From the NCBI GenBank assembly GCA_036170915.1, contig JAVHQC010000020.1, forward strand, positions 96,001-160,000: a stretch of 64,000 bases of DNA. The letters are read 5' to 3'. Every line of letters starts with the position of its first letter. The first letter of the stretch is position 1. A model generated the notes under the pieces. It was not told the DNA's origin. It searched no databases and was given only the letters and a program-made list of their open reading frames with translations. The translations under genes were made by a program, and so were the position numbers. The DNA comes from Cyanobacteria bacterium auto_48_18. Lineage in GTDB: Bacteria; Cyanobacteriota; Vampirovibrionia; Obscuribacterales; Obscuribacteraceae. Shown here in pieces: positions 1 through 12,129 of this stretch.

Positions 1-8
1 GAGTAGCG

Positions 9-965
9 ATGGATTTAAAAGACTGGTTCGCCAGCCGCCAGAAGCGCCGCGAGATTCAAGAAGTTATTACTCAGCCCCTGACAACGGAAGAGTACTGTGC
101 TCTTTGGAAACAATGTTTCCAGTGTCGAGAGCTTCTTTACACCCGCGACTTGCGTACTAATTTAGATGTTTGTCCCAAGTGCGATTATCACTTCAGAATC
201 GGCGCCCTAGATCGCATCGAGCAGCTGGCTGACGAAAATTCATTCGAAGAGCTCGACGCCGATATGCGCTCATCTGATCCCCTTAACTTTTTTGACACCG
301 AAGCTTACACAAAAAGACAAGACGAAGCCAGTCGCAAATCAGGTTTGCGTGAAGCCGTGCTCACTGGTATTTGTAAAATCGAAGGGCAAACAGCCGCTCT
401 TGGCTGTATGGACTTTGGCCACTTCGGTGGCTCCATGGGCTCCGTGGTAGGAGAGAAAGTTACTCGCTTAACCGAAGCCGCGATTGAGCGGAAATCACCC
501 CTAATTGTAGTGTGCAGCTCTGGTGGTGCCCGCATGCAGGAAGGGATTCTGAGTCTGATGCAAATGGCGAAGACCAGTTCGGTGCTTAAGTCTTTTAGTG
601 ATGCCGGTGGTCTCTATATTTCTATTTTAACTGAGCCTACATTTGGCGGCGTCACCGCCAGCTTTGCTATGCTCGGTGATTTTATTATTGCCGAGCCTGG
701 TGCCAGAATCGGTTTTGCCGGCCGTCGGGTAATTGAGCAAACCATCCGTCAGAAGCTGCCTGCCGATTTCCAGACAGCAGAATATTTGCTGAAGCATGGT
801 CAAGTCGATATGGTCGTCAGCCGCAACAAGTTGAAAGAGACACTGGGTCGCTTAATTGCTTTCCACCAGAGTGCCGCTTTGGAACTCGATAATCAAGATA
901 ACTCCAGCGAAAATTCTAACGGACAAGGCTCTTCTGAGCCAAAACCGTTGGGTGCGCGCAATTAA
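9..965 (+). CDS. accD: Acetyl-CoA carboxylase carboxyltransferase beta subunit
   Basis: Zn finger CFQC...CPKC, GGSMGSVVGEK, SGGARMQEG and PTFGGVTASFA motifs; directly upstream of accA. Confidence 0.97.
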   Translation: MDLKDWFASRQKRREIQEVITQPLTTEEYCALWKQCFQCRELLYTRDLRTNLDVCPKCDYHFRIGALDRIEQLADENSFEELDADMRSSDPLNFFDTEAYTKRQDEASRKSGLREAVLTGICKIEGQTAALGCMDFGHFGGSMGSVVGEKVTRLTEAAIERKSPLIVVCSSGGARMQEGILSLMQMAKTSSVLKSFSDAGGLYISILTEPTFGGVTASFAMLGDFIIAEPGARIGFAGRRVIEQTIRQKLPADFQTAEYLLKHGQVDMVVSRNKLKETLGRLIAFHQSAALELDNQDNSSENSNGQGSSEPKPLGARN

Positions 966-986
966 TTAGGGTCGCAAGCGAGAGAT

Positions 987-1949
987 ATGGCAACTGACAA
1001 AAAACCAATACCTCTAGAATTTGAGCAACCTCTGGCAATCCTGGCTCAGAACATGGACGCGCTAGAAAAACAGTTGTCGGATAATCCGGAATTGGAAGCA
1101 GATCTTGATCGTATGCAAGAGCAGTACAGCTCGCTCAAGCGCTCTCTCTATCTCAATTTGCGCCCCATTGACCATTTGGCCATTGCCCGCCACCCGCAAA
1201 GACCTTATACAAGAGATTACTTTGCCGCCTGGGATCCGAACTGGATTGAATTACATGGCGACCGCAAAGGTGTGGATGATGCAGCCATGGTTGGTGGTCT
1301 GCTGGATATTGACGGCATTAAAGTAGTGGCAGTTGGCACTCAAAAAGGTCGCACCTTGCGTGATAAACAACAATGCAATTTCGGCATGCCTCAACCTGAA
1401 GGCTACCGCAAAGCATTGCGACTGTTCCGCCACGCTAATAAATTTAGACTGCCGATTCTTTGCTTGATAGATACTCAGGGAGCCTATCCTGGTATTGCCG
1501 CCGAAGAGCACAATCAATCGCAAGCCATTGCCGAGAATCTTATGGAGCTGGCCGGTGTGACGGTTCCTGTGGTGGCAGCGATTACCGGTGAAGGTGGTTC
1601 AGGTGGTGCCCTGGCAATTGGCGTCGCCAATCGCATACTGATGCTTGAGCATTCTGTTTATTCGGTGATTACACCAGAAGGTTGCGCGTCAATTTTATGG
1701 CGCTCAAATGATAAAGTGTCGGAAGCCTGTCAGGCTATGAAAATGACAGCTAAAGAGATTTTGCAATTGGGTGTGATCGATCAGGTGATTAAGGAGCCTC
1801 TTGGTGGTGCTCATCACGATCATCAAAACGTGGCAGCCAATTTGAAAACAGCGATTGTCGAGCAACTGCAAGAGCTGCTCAAGCTCTCGCCGCAAGAAGT
1901 TCGCCAGCATCGGCAAGACAAATTTAGAGCTTTCGGCAGCTTCAGGTAA
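987..1949 (+). CDS. accA: Acetyl-CoA carboxylase carboxyltransferase alpha subunit
   Basis: ARHPQRP, FGMPQPEGYRKA, GEGGSGGALAI and EPLGGAH motifs. Confidence 0.97.
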   Translation: MATDKKPIPLEFEQPLAILAQNMDALEKQLSDNPELEADLDRMQEQYSSLKRSLYLNLRPIDHLAIARHPQRPYTRDYFAAWDPNWIELHGDRKGVDDAAMVGGLLDIDGIKVVAVGTQKGRTLRDKQQCNFGMPQPEGYRKALRLFRHANKFRLPILCLIDTQGAYPGIAAEEHNQSQAIAENLMELAGVTVPVVAAITGEGGSGGALAIGVANRILMLEHSVYSVITPEGCASILWRSNDKVSEACQAMKMTAKEILQLGVIDQVIKEPLGGAHHDHQNVAANLKTAIVEQLQELLKLSPQEVRQHRQDKFRAFGSFR

Positions 1950-1958
1950 ATATCAGAC

Positions 1959-3665
1959 TTACTTGGCTTGCCTTTTTGCCTTGCGCAAAAGATCTTTAGC
2001 TGATTGACTTTGGTTTACTTTGCCTGGTACTTGCTGCAAAACCGCAACAGCTTCGTTGAATTTTTTGTCTTTGATATAAAGCTTACCGAGGCTAACGCAA
2101 GTAGTGTAATACTTGTCGGTCAGATCAGCCGGCAGCTTGCCTTGAGCTTTCATAGACTTCATAAGAGCTACAGCCTGAGCTAGTTTTCCAGCTTTGATCA
2201 AAGCTTCCGGATCATCTTCATCGACTGGTTTTGAATCGGCGGATTTAGCCCAGGGCATCATTCCTTGAAACTGTGCTGAATTCATAGCGAACATTACTGC
2301 TGCACCAATTAGTGCCAGTGTAGCTAGAACAGGCAAGAAACGCAGGGCGGTGGAAAAGACTCGCCCGATACCACCTGGGCCACCACGTCCGGCAGAAAAA
2401 TTAGTCGAAGATTTGTTCTGGCTGTGCGAAATATCGGCGTGTTTCTGAGCATCGCGGTAAGCTGCCACCTGGTCGGCATAATTATTGCTCATGCCCCGTT
2501 GACCGTTGTCTTCGGCAGGTTGCGATCCTGCTACGCCTATGGAGGCAGGATTGGTGGCATTTTGCTGGTTAAGCATTTCGCGGGTCAGGGGTCTTTGCTG
2601 CAACATTTCTCTTGACTCTTTACGATGTTGCAAGGACTCATCTTGAGCTAGAGGGCCTGGTGCCATATCTCTCTGGAGAGTCTGCGTGATGCCAACGGAA
2701 GTTTTTGTTTCAGGCTCTTTCATGGCTTCTTCAAGCGCTTGCGAAAGTTCGTCCATGGTCTGATAGCGATCGTTTGGATTTTTCAGCAGGGTTTTATGCA
2801 CCACTTGCATTAAAGCTTCTGGGAAATTTAAATCAGGGCGCATTTCGTTCAATGGCACAGGCGTATCTGATAAGTGCATGGCCATAACTCTGACCAACTC
2901 TTCATGTTGGAAAGGCACTTCGCCGGTGAGAGATTCATAGAAGACAATGCCGAGCGAGTAAATATCGCTTCTATGATCAACTTTGCTTGATGTGCACTGC
3001 TCAGGACTCATGTAAGTGGGGCTACCACATACGGTGCCTGTGCGAGTGATTTTAGCTTGATCAGATTCTTCTTGCACCAGTCTGGCAATGCCGAAATCTA
3101 CCACTATGGGGAAATTCTTTTGCCCTCCCCGCTCCACTAACACGATGTTTTCAGGCTTGATGTCGCGGTGTACAACACCTTGGCGGTGCGCTTCAGCTAG
3201 GGCTGCGCAAACTTGAGTGAAAATCGGGACTGCTTCCACCGGCGCAATGTGATTTACTTCAGCGATAAAATCAGACAGCGGCGTGCCGTTAAGTAAATCC
3301 ATGGCAATGTAAGGTCGGCCACCACCTTGAGGAATGACGCCGAAATCGTAAATGGTAATAATATTTGGATGATTGAGGCGACTGGATGCCTTCGCCTCTT
3401 GCTTAAAGCGTTTGATGAACTCATCATCTGATACCAGATAGTCGTGCAGCACTTTAACTGCCACTTCGCGGCCAATCAATTCTTGTACTGCCCGGTAGAC
3501 TGTGCCTGCCGAACCCTGACCAATGACTGACTGGATTTTGTAACGACCCTCAACCACCATGCCGAGTAGAGGGTCATCACCGACGGTGACCATAGACGAT
3601 CCGTCACGAGGACAGATATCTTGCTCGCCAGCAGTCTGAAAATTACATATCAGACAAAGTTTCAT
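1959..3665 (-). CDS. Hanks-type Ser/Thr protein kinase with N-terminal Zn ribbon, one TM helix and a short helical C-terminal domain
   Basis: CLIC...CPRD N-terminus; GQGSAG, VAVK, HRDIKPEN, DFG, YMSPEQ and SDIYSLG motifs; hydrophobic segment FLPVLATLALIGAAVMFAM. Confidence 0.93.
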   Translation of the reverse strand: MKLCLICNFQTAGEQDICPRDGSSMVTVGDDPLLGMVVEGRYKIQSVIGQGSAGTVYRAVQELIGREVAVKVLHDYLVSDDEFIKRFKQEAKASSRLNHPNIITIYDFGVIPQGGGRPYIAMDLLNGTPLSDFIAEVNHIAPVEAVPIFTQVCAALAEAHRQGVVHRDIKPENIVLVERGGQKNFPIVVDFGIARLVQEESDQAKITRTGTVCGSPTYMSPEQCTSSKVDHRSDIYSLGIVFYESLTGEVPFQHEELVRVMAMHLSDTPVPLNEMRPDLNFPEALMQVVHKTLLKNPNDRYQTMDELSQALEEAMKEPETKTSVGITQTLQRDMAPGPLAQDESLQHRKESREMLQQRPLTREMLNQQNATNPASIGVAGSQPAEDNGQRGMSNNYADQVAAYRDAQKHADISHSQNKSSTNFSAGRGGPGGIGRVFSTALRFLPVLATLALIGAAVMFAMNSAQFQGMMPWAKSADSKPVDEDDPEALIKAGKLAQAVALMKSMKAQGKLPADLTDKYYTTCVSLGKLYIKDKKFNEAVAVLQQVPGKVNQSQSAKDLLRKAKRQAK

Positions 3666-4016
3666 ACAAATTCGCTAGCAAAGCGCCAGTTCTTTCTAGT
3701 AAGTAGTAAATGACCCGCCAAAAGGCAATTTCCCCCTGCCATCTTTCTTTTAATTACCCAGAGACGTGATCCGCAAACATCTTAACTGTTCGCTTCTTAA
3801 TATCTCAGTAAAAAAGCAAGCAAATATTAACTGTAGGGCTTAAAGATAACCATAGCAACAGTTTACTCTTTCACATCGGCCTTTAAATTGCTTCAGATAG
3901 CTCACTTGCTGTAGAAAGCCGCCCGCAAAGCAGACAGAATTAACTAGCTGGCCGGAAAATTTGTCACTTCACCCAAGTGCGAAAACTGACAGCTAAGTTT
4001 TCAGGAGACCGTAATT

Positions 4017-5207
4017 TTGTCATCTGCCAAAAGCAAAGCGCCCCTTCTTCTAATCTTCATGACCGTCTTCATCGATCTGATGGGCTTCGGTCTGGTAATT
4101 CCGATACTGCCGACCTACGCACAGCAATTGCATGCCTCAGACTTTGTTATCGGCCTCTTGATAGCCAGTTACTCCGTTATGCAATTCATTTTTACACCGT
4201 TCTGGGGCAGGCTCTCAGACCGAATTGGTAGACGTCCGGTACTTCTGATTAGCCTATTGGCTTCGTTTATCGGTTATATGATCTGGGGCTTTTCTGGGTC
4301 TCTAATAGGGCTCTTTGCTTCGCGCATTGTGGCTGGTTTTGGCAACGCCAACATTGCTGTAGCTCAGGCATATATTACTGACATCACCACAAAAGAAAAC
4401 CGCGCTCGCGGGATGGGGATGGTAGGCGCTGCCTTTGGTCTTGGTTTCGTGCTTGGACCGGCCCTCGGGAGTGCGCTGGTGCAATATGGTCTGCAAACCG
4501 TGGGTTTCTTTGCCGCCGCTTTCAGCTTGCTTGATTTGATTTTGACATTCTTCTTACTGCCGGAACCGAAAGAGCGTGGCAATTTCGGCAAAGAGCGCTT
4601 TGGCTTGGGTCTGGATTTTTATCTAAAAAATATTGTCAGCGAAAAATTGCGCGTGTCATTTCTGATTTTCTTTATTTCCACTTTTGCTTTTGCCAACATG
4701 GAAGCTACTCTGGTTTTACTAACCGCTAAGCTTTACAACTGGGGCCCAAAAGAAAACACTTACCTTTTTGTCTACATTGGTATTTTGATTGTCATAGTTC
4801 AAGGCGGAATGATTCGCCAGCTGACAAAAAAATATAGCGAACGCAAATTGATCACAGCAGGATCATTGATGATTGCCGCAGGACTGTTCGTTACTCCCAT
4901 TACCCAAAACTGGCTTGTACTGGGGCTGGGCATGACACTTCTCTCTGTGGGATCTGGCATAAACAACCCCTGCAATCAGAGCGTCATCTCCAAACTGGCT
5001 CCAGAAGAGACTGCCGGTGGTGTTCTAGGTCTTGGCCAATCGGTTTCTACTTTAGGAAGAATTTTTGGACCAATTGTTGGTTGCGCACTCTTTGGCCAAT
5101 TTGGCCACATGAGCCCTTATATCGCTGGTGGTCTGTGTATGTTGGTTGTGGTGGTGCTCAGTCTCAAACTGCCTGAAACCGAGCCCGGCTCTGCCGCTGC
5201 TCACTAA
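4017..5207 (+). CDS. MFS transporter, TetA/DHA1-like
   Basis: GRLSDRIGRRP motif A, GLGFVLGPALG motif C, about 12 hydrophobic segments; TTG start preceded by AGGAG. Confidence 0.9.
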   Translation: MSSAKSKAPLLLIFMTVFIDLMGFGLVIPILPTYAQQLHASDFVIGLLIASYSVMQFIFTPFWGRLSDRIGRRPVLLISLLASFIGYMIWGFSGSLIGLFASRIVAGFGNANIAVAQAYITDITTKENRARGMGMVGAAFGLGFVLGPALGSALVQYGLQTVGFFAAAFSLLDLILTFFLLPEPKERGNFGKERFGLGLDFYLKNIVSEKLRVSFLIFFISTFAFANMEATLVLLTAKLYNWGPKENTYLFVYIGILIVIVQGGMIRQLTKKYSERKLITAGSLMIAAGLFVTPITQNWLVLGLGMTLLSVGSGINNPCNQSVISKLAPEETAGGVLGLGQSVSTLGRIFGPIVGCALFGQFGHMSPYIAGGLCMLVVVVLSLKLPETEPGSAAAH

Positions 5208-5527
5208 AATTTTTGCCGGATCAATGCAGAAACGCATTAAATGTGGCCTTTGCTCTTGGCAAATGGTGGCCCTCAGCGTATGTTCGTGATATATTATTTT
5301 TGGCTCAAGTTTGTGATTTGTTCTTAGTGACTGCTTAACTTCGCCTGGGATATAAATAAAAAGTTCTGTATCCAAGCTGCGTTCACCGAATCAAAAGTCG
5401 TCACTAAACCGTCCTTTCATATGAAGCGCTGAGTTCAGCGATTGAGCAATTTTTAGGTATCACAAATAAATTTAGAACCCTTCGTTTTAAAAGACGTATA
5501 GAAGAGAAGTTGAAGAGAAGTATTGAA

Positions 5528-5701
5528 ATGGCAATAGAGAAGAAGAAAGAAAAGAATTTGCATTCGTCCAGAAACAAAGTAGCCGGCACACAAACCGAAA
5601 CCAAAAATGATGTTCAGACGCGCTATCAGCAAGATTTCAACCGCTATCAAGCGCAAATAGAAAAAACACGTCAGGTTTTCGAGAGCGCCGAAGTAGCCTG
5701 A
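5528..5701 (+). CDS. Small hypothetical protein
   Basis: ATG at 5528 inside the 5510..5701 ORF, after a purine-rich stretch; charged helical sequence; no recognisable family. Confidence 0.4.
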   Translation: MAIEKKKEKNLHSSRNKVAGTQTETKNDVQTRYQQDFNRYQAQIEKTRQVFESAEVA

Positions 5702-5887
5702 CCTTATCTGCTGCGCCTGCGCTCAGGCTCAACAGTAGGTAGCTATTTGAGACATTACGCAATCTTCACCTCGAGCAAATGCCCGTGGGAAGCCTTAAGC
5801 AGAGTGCATTAGATATATGCGCTAGGTTATTAGTCGTTTGTATGGTCTGATCTGGCTAGAATTGGCTAGCTCTGGCTTGGCCAGGTC

Positions 5888-5955
5888 TGACTGTAGCTAG
5901 ATGTGACTGTAGCTAGATGTGACTTTAGCTAGATATGCTTTAGCTAGATTGACTA
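5888..5955. repeat. Tandem repeat, about 4 x 16 bp (TGACTGTAGCTAGATG)
   Basis: Read directly: tgactgtagctagatg tgactgtagctagatg tgactttagctagata tgctttagctagat tgacta. Confidence 0.9.
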
Positions 5956-5989
5956 ATTAGTACGTAATGCAGCGGCGGAGGCCCCAAAA

Positions 5990-7081
5990 ATGAAGGCAAT
6001 GGTTTTAGCGGCGGGTGTTGGTTCACGATTGGACCCACTGACTGCGTCCACCCCTAAACCACTTGTTCCAGTCGCCAACTTTCCGGTAATGGAGCACTTG
6101 CTCAATCTACTAAAAGGGCATGGTTTCACCGATGTGATCGCTAATCTGCATTATTTGCCAGAAGGCTTGATCGATTATTTCGGCGATGGGAAAAAATTTG
6201 GCACCAATGTTCAATTTCGCGTAGAAGAAAAATTGAGCGGCGATGCTGGTGGCGTTCGCTATTGTCGTGACTTTTTGCAAGACGGCACTTTTGTTGTGCT
6301 TATGGGAGATCTGCTCACAGACGCTGATCTTTCCTATATCGTGGCCGAACACAAGCGCAAAAAAGCAGTGGCCAGCATTGCTCTTAAACAAGTCGCTGAT
6401 GTTACTCGTTTTGGCGTGGCGGTTTTAAACGATGACAAATTTATTGTCGGTTTTCAAGAAAAACCGGCCAAAGAAGAAGCGCTCTCCAACCTGGCTTCTA
6501 CGGGTATTTATATTCTCGAGCCGGAAGTATTTGAGCACATACCTGCCTCTGGCGATTTTGGTTTCGGTCGCCAGCTTTTCCCAAATTTAGTCAAGGCCGG
6601 CTTGCCGGTGCTCGGTGTTGAAATCGAGTCGTACTGGTCTGATGTGGGCACACTCGAGCAATACCAGATTTCTAATTTTGATGTTCTTTCAGGTCGTTTT
6701 AAGACTGACTTGCCCGGATACAAAAAAGAAAAGCGGGGGCAATACAATCTCTATCTGGCAGAGCATGCGGTTGTCGATTCATCGGTGACAGTTGAAGGCA
6801 ACGTCATTGTCGGCAAAGGATCGCAAATCAAAGCCAATGTGGTGCTTAAGGGCAACGTGGTAATTGGTGATCACTGTGTGATTGAAGCCGATTGCCAGCT
6901 GAGCGACAGCATTTTGTGGCCAGATAGCAAGATTGAGCTTGCAACCACACTTGATGGCATTATTTATTCACCAGCAGGCATTACAAAAGTAACGCACCAG
7001 GTAAATGCCGACCCAAAGCCGCAGGGACCTGCAAGTAAAATGCAGGTCCAAGACCGGGATTGCGCAGAAACCTGCGTCTAA
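5990..7081 (+). CDS. NDP-sugar pyrophosphorylase (mannose-1-phosphate guanylyltransferase-like) with C-terminal left-handed beta-helix
   Basis: MKAMVLAAGVGSRLDPLT...PKPLVPV, FQEKP, YWSDVGT motifs; C-terminal hexapeptide repeats. Confidence 0.88.
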   Translation: MKAMVLAAGVGSRLDPLTASTPKPLVPVANFPVMEHLLNLLKGHGFTDVIANLHYLPEGLIDYFGDGKKFGTNVQFRVEEKLSGDAGGVRYCRDFLQDGTFVVLMGDLLTDADLSYIVAEHKRKKAVASIALKQVADVTRFGVAVLNDDKFIVGFQEKPAKEEALSNLASTGIYILEPEVFEHIPASGDFGFGRQLFPNLVKAGLPVLGVEIESYWSDVGTLEQYQISNFDVLSGRFKTDLPGYKKEKRGQYNLYLAEHAVVDSSVTVEGNVIVGKGSQIKANVVLKGNVVIGDHCVIEADCQLSDSILWPDSKIELATTLDGIIYSPAGITKVTHQVNADPKPQGPASKMQVQDRDCAETCV

Positions 7082-7097
7082 TTTTCGATGCAGTCAG

Positions 7098-7412
7098 TTA
7101 TGAGGGACACTTAGCTGTGCTTGGCCCGGCCATTGCTTTTTTTGCAGCGAGGGCAAGATCATGATCACGTTCATGATCACTATCTGCATTTGTATCAGCA
7201 GACTCTTTTTCAGCTAACTGTGCCGCTTTCCAGATTTCCATCCAGAGCCAATAGTGAAATGGATTGAGCTTTTCAATATCCAATGTTTCTACTGGTTCAA
7301 GCAATGACAGCCAGGTGTGTGGATTGGGAAATCTTTTGGCAAGGCTGTAACAGTCCGCCATCCAGAGAACTTGATCGGTTGTTTCTTTGGTGACCATGGC
7401 CTTTTTCCCCAT
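7098..7412 (-). CDS. Hypothetical protein
   Basis: Fills the gap between flanking genes; ATG start; no family recognised. Confidence 0.6.
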   Translation of the reverse strand: MGKKAMVTKETTDQVLWMADCYSLAKRFPNPHTWLSLLEPVETLDIEKLNPFHYWLWMEIWKAAQLAEKESADTNADSDHERDHDLALAAKKAMAGPSTAKCPS

Positions 7413-7600
7413 TTCCCGCTTACAGTCTTTTACTGTTTAGTTCGCAAACTGTTAAACAATTTTTCAAACTACTCTGCCCTTCCTCAGTAGTAATACCCAA
7501 ATTGATAGTGCGCGAAACCGGCATTTTTAGTTACTGCGATACAAAAGTTTCAAGAGCAGCTCAAAACGGCCTGGGGTCGAGACCTTGTAATAGGTTGCCG

Positions 7601-7957
7601 TTAGCCTGGCGGCCAGAGCATTTGTCTCTCGCCGAGCACGTGTATATGCAGGTGGCCTACTGATTGACCGCCATCAGCACCTGTATTCACGACTAAGCGG
7701 AAACCGGATGTCAGATTTGCGCGCTGAGCCACCCGGGCGGCGGTGTAAAAGAGTTCTCCCATCAATATTTTGTCGTCTACCGCAGAGATGTCGGTATAGT
7801 GCTTCTTTGGAATGACAAGAATGTGTGTGGGGGCCTGAGGCGTTATGTCATTTATGGCATAACATTGGTCGTCCTCATGGACAAATTTTGAACTGATGGT
7901 ACCGTTGCCGATTTTGCAAAACAGGCAATTCTCTATATTTGTGGGCGGCTCGTTCAT
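7601..7957 (-). CDS. Histidine triad (HIT/Hint) nucleotide-binding protein
   Basis: CLFCKI, PQAPTHILVIPK, HLHIHVLG and C-terminal WPPG. Confidence 0.95.
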   Translation of the reverse strand: MNEPPTNIENCLFCKIGNGTISSKFVHEDDQCYAINDITPQAPTHILVIPKKHYTDISAVDDKILMGELFYTAARVAQRANLTSGFRLVVNTGADGGQSVGHLHIHVLGERQMLWPPG

Positions 7958-8123
7958 GGTTGTCTCCTTGTCTCGCTCATGATCGTCTCCTTAGATAAGT
8001 AACAAACAGACCACTTTTGCGCCGATAAGTTTATCCTTATAGGTGATCTTAGAAGATATTGGATTTTGGCTAATTAATTGGCCAGCGTGGAAAAAAGCCT
8101 ATGAGCGGTTTGGAGTATGCAAG

Positions 8124-9803
8124 ATGACAAGTGAAGGGAATATTCTGCCTCGTTTTTTGCAATTGCAGAAAACGCTGACTTCATCTCTTCGATTGAAAGA
8201 TGTACTTGATTCAGTAGTCATTATGTTTACTGAAATGGGTGGTGGTGCCAAAGTCGCAATATTTTTAGCCGACAATGAAAGTATGTCTTTCAAGTTGATG
8301 GCCGCCAAGGGTTACACAGAAGGTTCGCTGGATCAGCTCAAAATTGTTCCTTTTAATCTAGAAAGTTTGCTCAAGTATGTCTATCAAAAACGTATAGCAC
8401 TGACAGCTGCAGATGCCGCCTCGGCTCCTGACTTTAGCGCCACAATCATGAAGCGAGAAACTTCCAAAGGGCAAATCGCCATTCCCATGACCACGTCGAA
8501 CATGCTTGTAGGTGCGGTTTTGCTCGAAGTAAACAACGCGCAGATTCTTTCTATGACGGATTTCTTGCAAGATATCGCCGACCTTTGCGCTACTTCAGTG
8601 GCGAATGCGGTTATGTTCGGCCGCAGCGAGTATGAGCGCGAGCGGTTGGCCACTCTTTACAGCACCACCTGCGCTTTGAACGATAGTGCTCTGGAGATCA
8701 CTCAGGTTTTGCAAGTGGCGGCGGATACAGCGCTAGTGCTGGCCAATACTCCCAGTTGCGCCATTGTTTTAGTTGACAGCGATTCTGATACATTGCAATT
8801 GGCCGCCTTCAAGGGCCTGGACGGGCCCAGTCTGGGCGAGTTTGATATGTCTGTGCGCAAATCTATTGCCGGAAGTTGCCTGCGCTCTGGCGCCACTGAA
8901 ATATTTGGTGACGGATCTCGCGAACCTTTTGGTTTGCCTCGAGCCATGGGCGGCAGGCCATTCGCCAGTGCCCTGGCTATTCCCCTGATTTACTCGCAGC
9001 GCAAAATTGGCGTATTGGAAGTTTTTTCCACCGAGTCTCGAGCCTTTCAGCGTGAACAAATTGAGTTGCTAGAATCGCTCTCCAAGCAAGTTTCAACTTC
9101 ATTGAACATTGCTCTTTCTCATGAATCAAACAGTGCAATGGCATTTTTAGACGCCCATACCGGTCTTTCCAACCGCGTGCATTTTGACCAGGCGTTGAGC
9201 AAAGAAATTGACCGCTCTCAGCGCCACAATCGTGAAATGGCTCTGCTTCTCATAGATATTGATCACCTCAGCCAAATAAATGACATGCTCGGCCAAAATC
9301 GAGGCGACGAGGCCATTAAACACGTGGCTAACACCGTTAAGCTTGCTTTGCGAGACATCGACTTACCGGCCCGTTACGGCGGTGAAGAATTTGCCGTGAT
9401 GCTGCCTGAGACCAATCACGCCAGCGCCATGGAAGTGGCAGAAAGGTTGCGGCAGAAAATCCGGAAATCACCAGCTCCAGGAATTGGTCTGATTACAGTT
9501 TCAATCGGCGTCGCCAGCTACCCTGCTAATGCTGAAGACGCGGCCTCAGTGCTGCGCGACGCTGAGCAAGCACTTAATGTAGCTAAGTTCGAAGGCCGCG
9601 ATCGTATTAAGGGTGCCCTTACCGGAAGCTTCAGCGATTCGGGCTCAGGTGGTATTGCCTGGAACGATCTGGCCACTCAGGCCAAAATGTCTGTAATTTC
9701 TGAGCGGCAGGGTCGCCTGCAAAGCCGGCTCACGGCAACCCCAGAATACGCTACCTGGTTGGCGAAACCGGGTAGTTTGGTGGGTAAGAAAAAGAATGGG
9801 TGA
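8124..9803 (+). CDS. GAF-GAF-GGDEF diguanylate cyclase
   Basis: Two GAF-like regions, DAHTGLSNR, RDID I-site and RYGGEEF; start moved from 8043 to the in-frame ATG at 8124 with GGAG upstream. Confidence 0.9.
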   Translation: MTSEGNILPRFLQLQKTLTSSLRLKDVLDSVVIMFTEMGGGAKVAIFLADNESMSFKLMAAKGYTEGSLDQLKIVPFNLESLLKYVYQKRIALTAADAASAPDFSATIMKRETSKGQIAIPMTTSNMLVGAVLLEVNNAQILSMTDFLQDIADLCATSVANAVMFGRSEYERERLATLYSTTCALNDSALEITQVLQVAADTALVLANTPSCAIVLVDSDSDTLQLAAFKGLDGPSLGEFDMSVRKSIAGSCLRSGATEIFGDGSREPFGLPRAMGGRPFASALAIPLIYSQRKIGVLEVFSTESRAFQREQIELLESLSKQVSTSLNIALSHESNSAMAFLDAHTGLSNRVHFDQALSKEIDRSQRHNREMALLLIDIDHLSQINDMLGQNRGDEAIKHVANTVKLALRDIDLPARYGGEEFAVMLPETNHASAMEVAERLRQKIRKSPAPGIGLITVSIGVASYPANAEDAASVLRDAEQALNVAKFEGRDRIKGALTGSFSDSGSGGIAWNDLATQAKMSVISERQGRLQSRLTATPEYATWLAKPGSLVGKKKNG

Positions 9804-9837
9804 TGGCCAGGGGGGCCTGGTTGTGGGGGAAATTTTG

Positions 9838-9865
9838 AAACTGGATGGATATCCATCTATGGTTT
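9838..9865. repeat. Dispersed intergenic palindrome, copy 1
   Basis: aaactggatggat|atccatctatggttt; perfect 14-bp core at 9844-9857. Confidence 0.8.
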
Positions 9866-10061
9866 TGAATATGCCTTCAGCCACGTTGCCATTATGTGTT
9901 CTTTAGTAATGGCTAAATCTTAAGAAATATAGCTAGAGCACGGTTTCTACCACTATTGGTCTATACACTTCTGTTGTGAGCAATCTTCCTGTTTGCGCAG
10001 AAGATTGGCTCCACTACACATTTTAATTGCGAGTGAATCTTCGTAATAGGAGGATAGAACC

Positions 10062-10373
10062 TTGGCTACTGCATCTGCAAACAAGCTTCAACTGAAACCC
10101 TTGGCTGACCGCGTTGTTTTGAAGAAACTTGACGCTGAAGAAAAAACATCAGGTGGCATTGTCCTTCCTGATACTGCCAAAGAGAAGCCGCAGCAAGGCG
10201 AAATCTTGGCCGTAGGTCCAGGCCGCGTCGATGACAAAGGCACCCGTACACCAATGGAAGTAAAAGTTGGCGACAAAGTTTTGTTCGCTAAATACTCCGG
10301 TACTGAAGTGAAAATCGAAGGCGTTGAATATTTGATCATGACCGAGCGCGACATTCTCGCTGTTGTCGGTTAA
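10062..10373 (+). CDS. groES: Co-chaperonin GroES
   Basis: [21 protein letters not shown] and KYSGTEVK motifs; AGGAGG SD with TTG start. Confidence 0.98.
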   Translation: MATASANKLQLKPLADRVVLKKLDAEEKTSGGIVLPDTAKEKPQQGEILAVGPGRVDDKGTRTPMEVKVGDKVLFAKYSGTEVKIEGVEYLIMTERDILAVVG

Positions 10374-10431
10374 TTCGATTTTTGACCTGTTTTAAGTACA
10401 CAACTCATTAAAGAAAACCCTATTCCAATAG

Positions 10432-12078
<1,647 letters not shown>

Positions 12079-12129
12079 GAATAGGCCCTGCGCCTGTAAT
12101 TAGAATTCATTTGCTTAAGCAATAAAGAA

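Noticed and set aside
5888..5955. Repeat array as a possible CRISPR
   Set aside because: Units are contiguous 16-mers without spacers, and there are no cas genes in the window.
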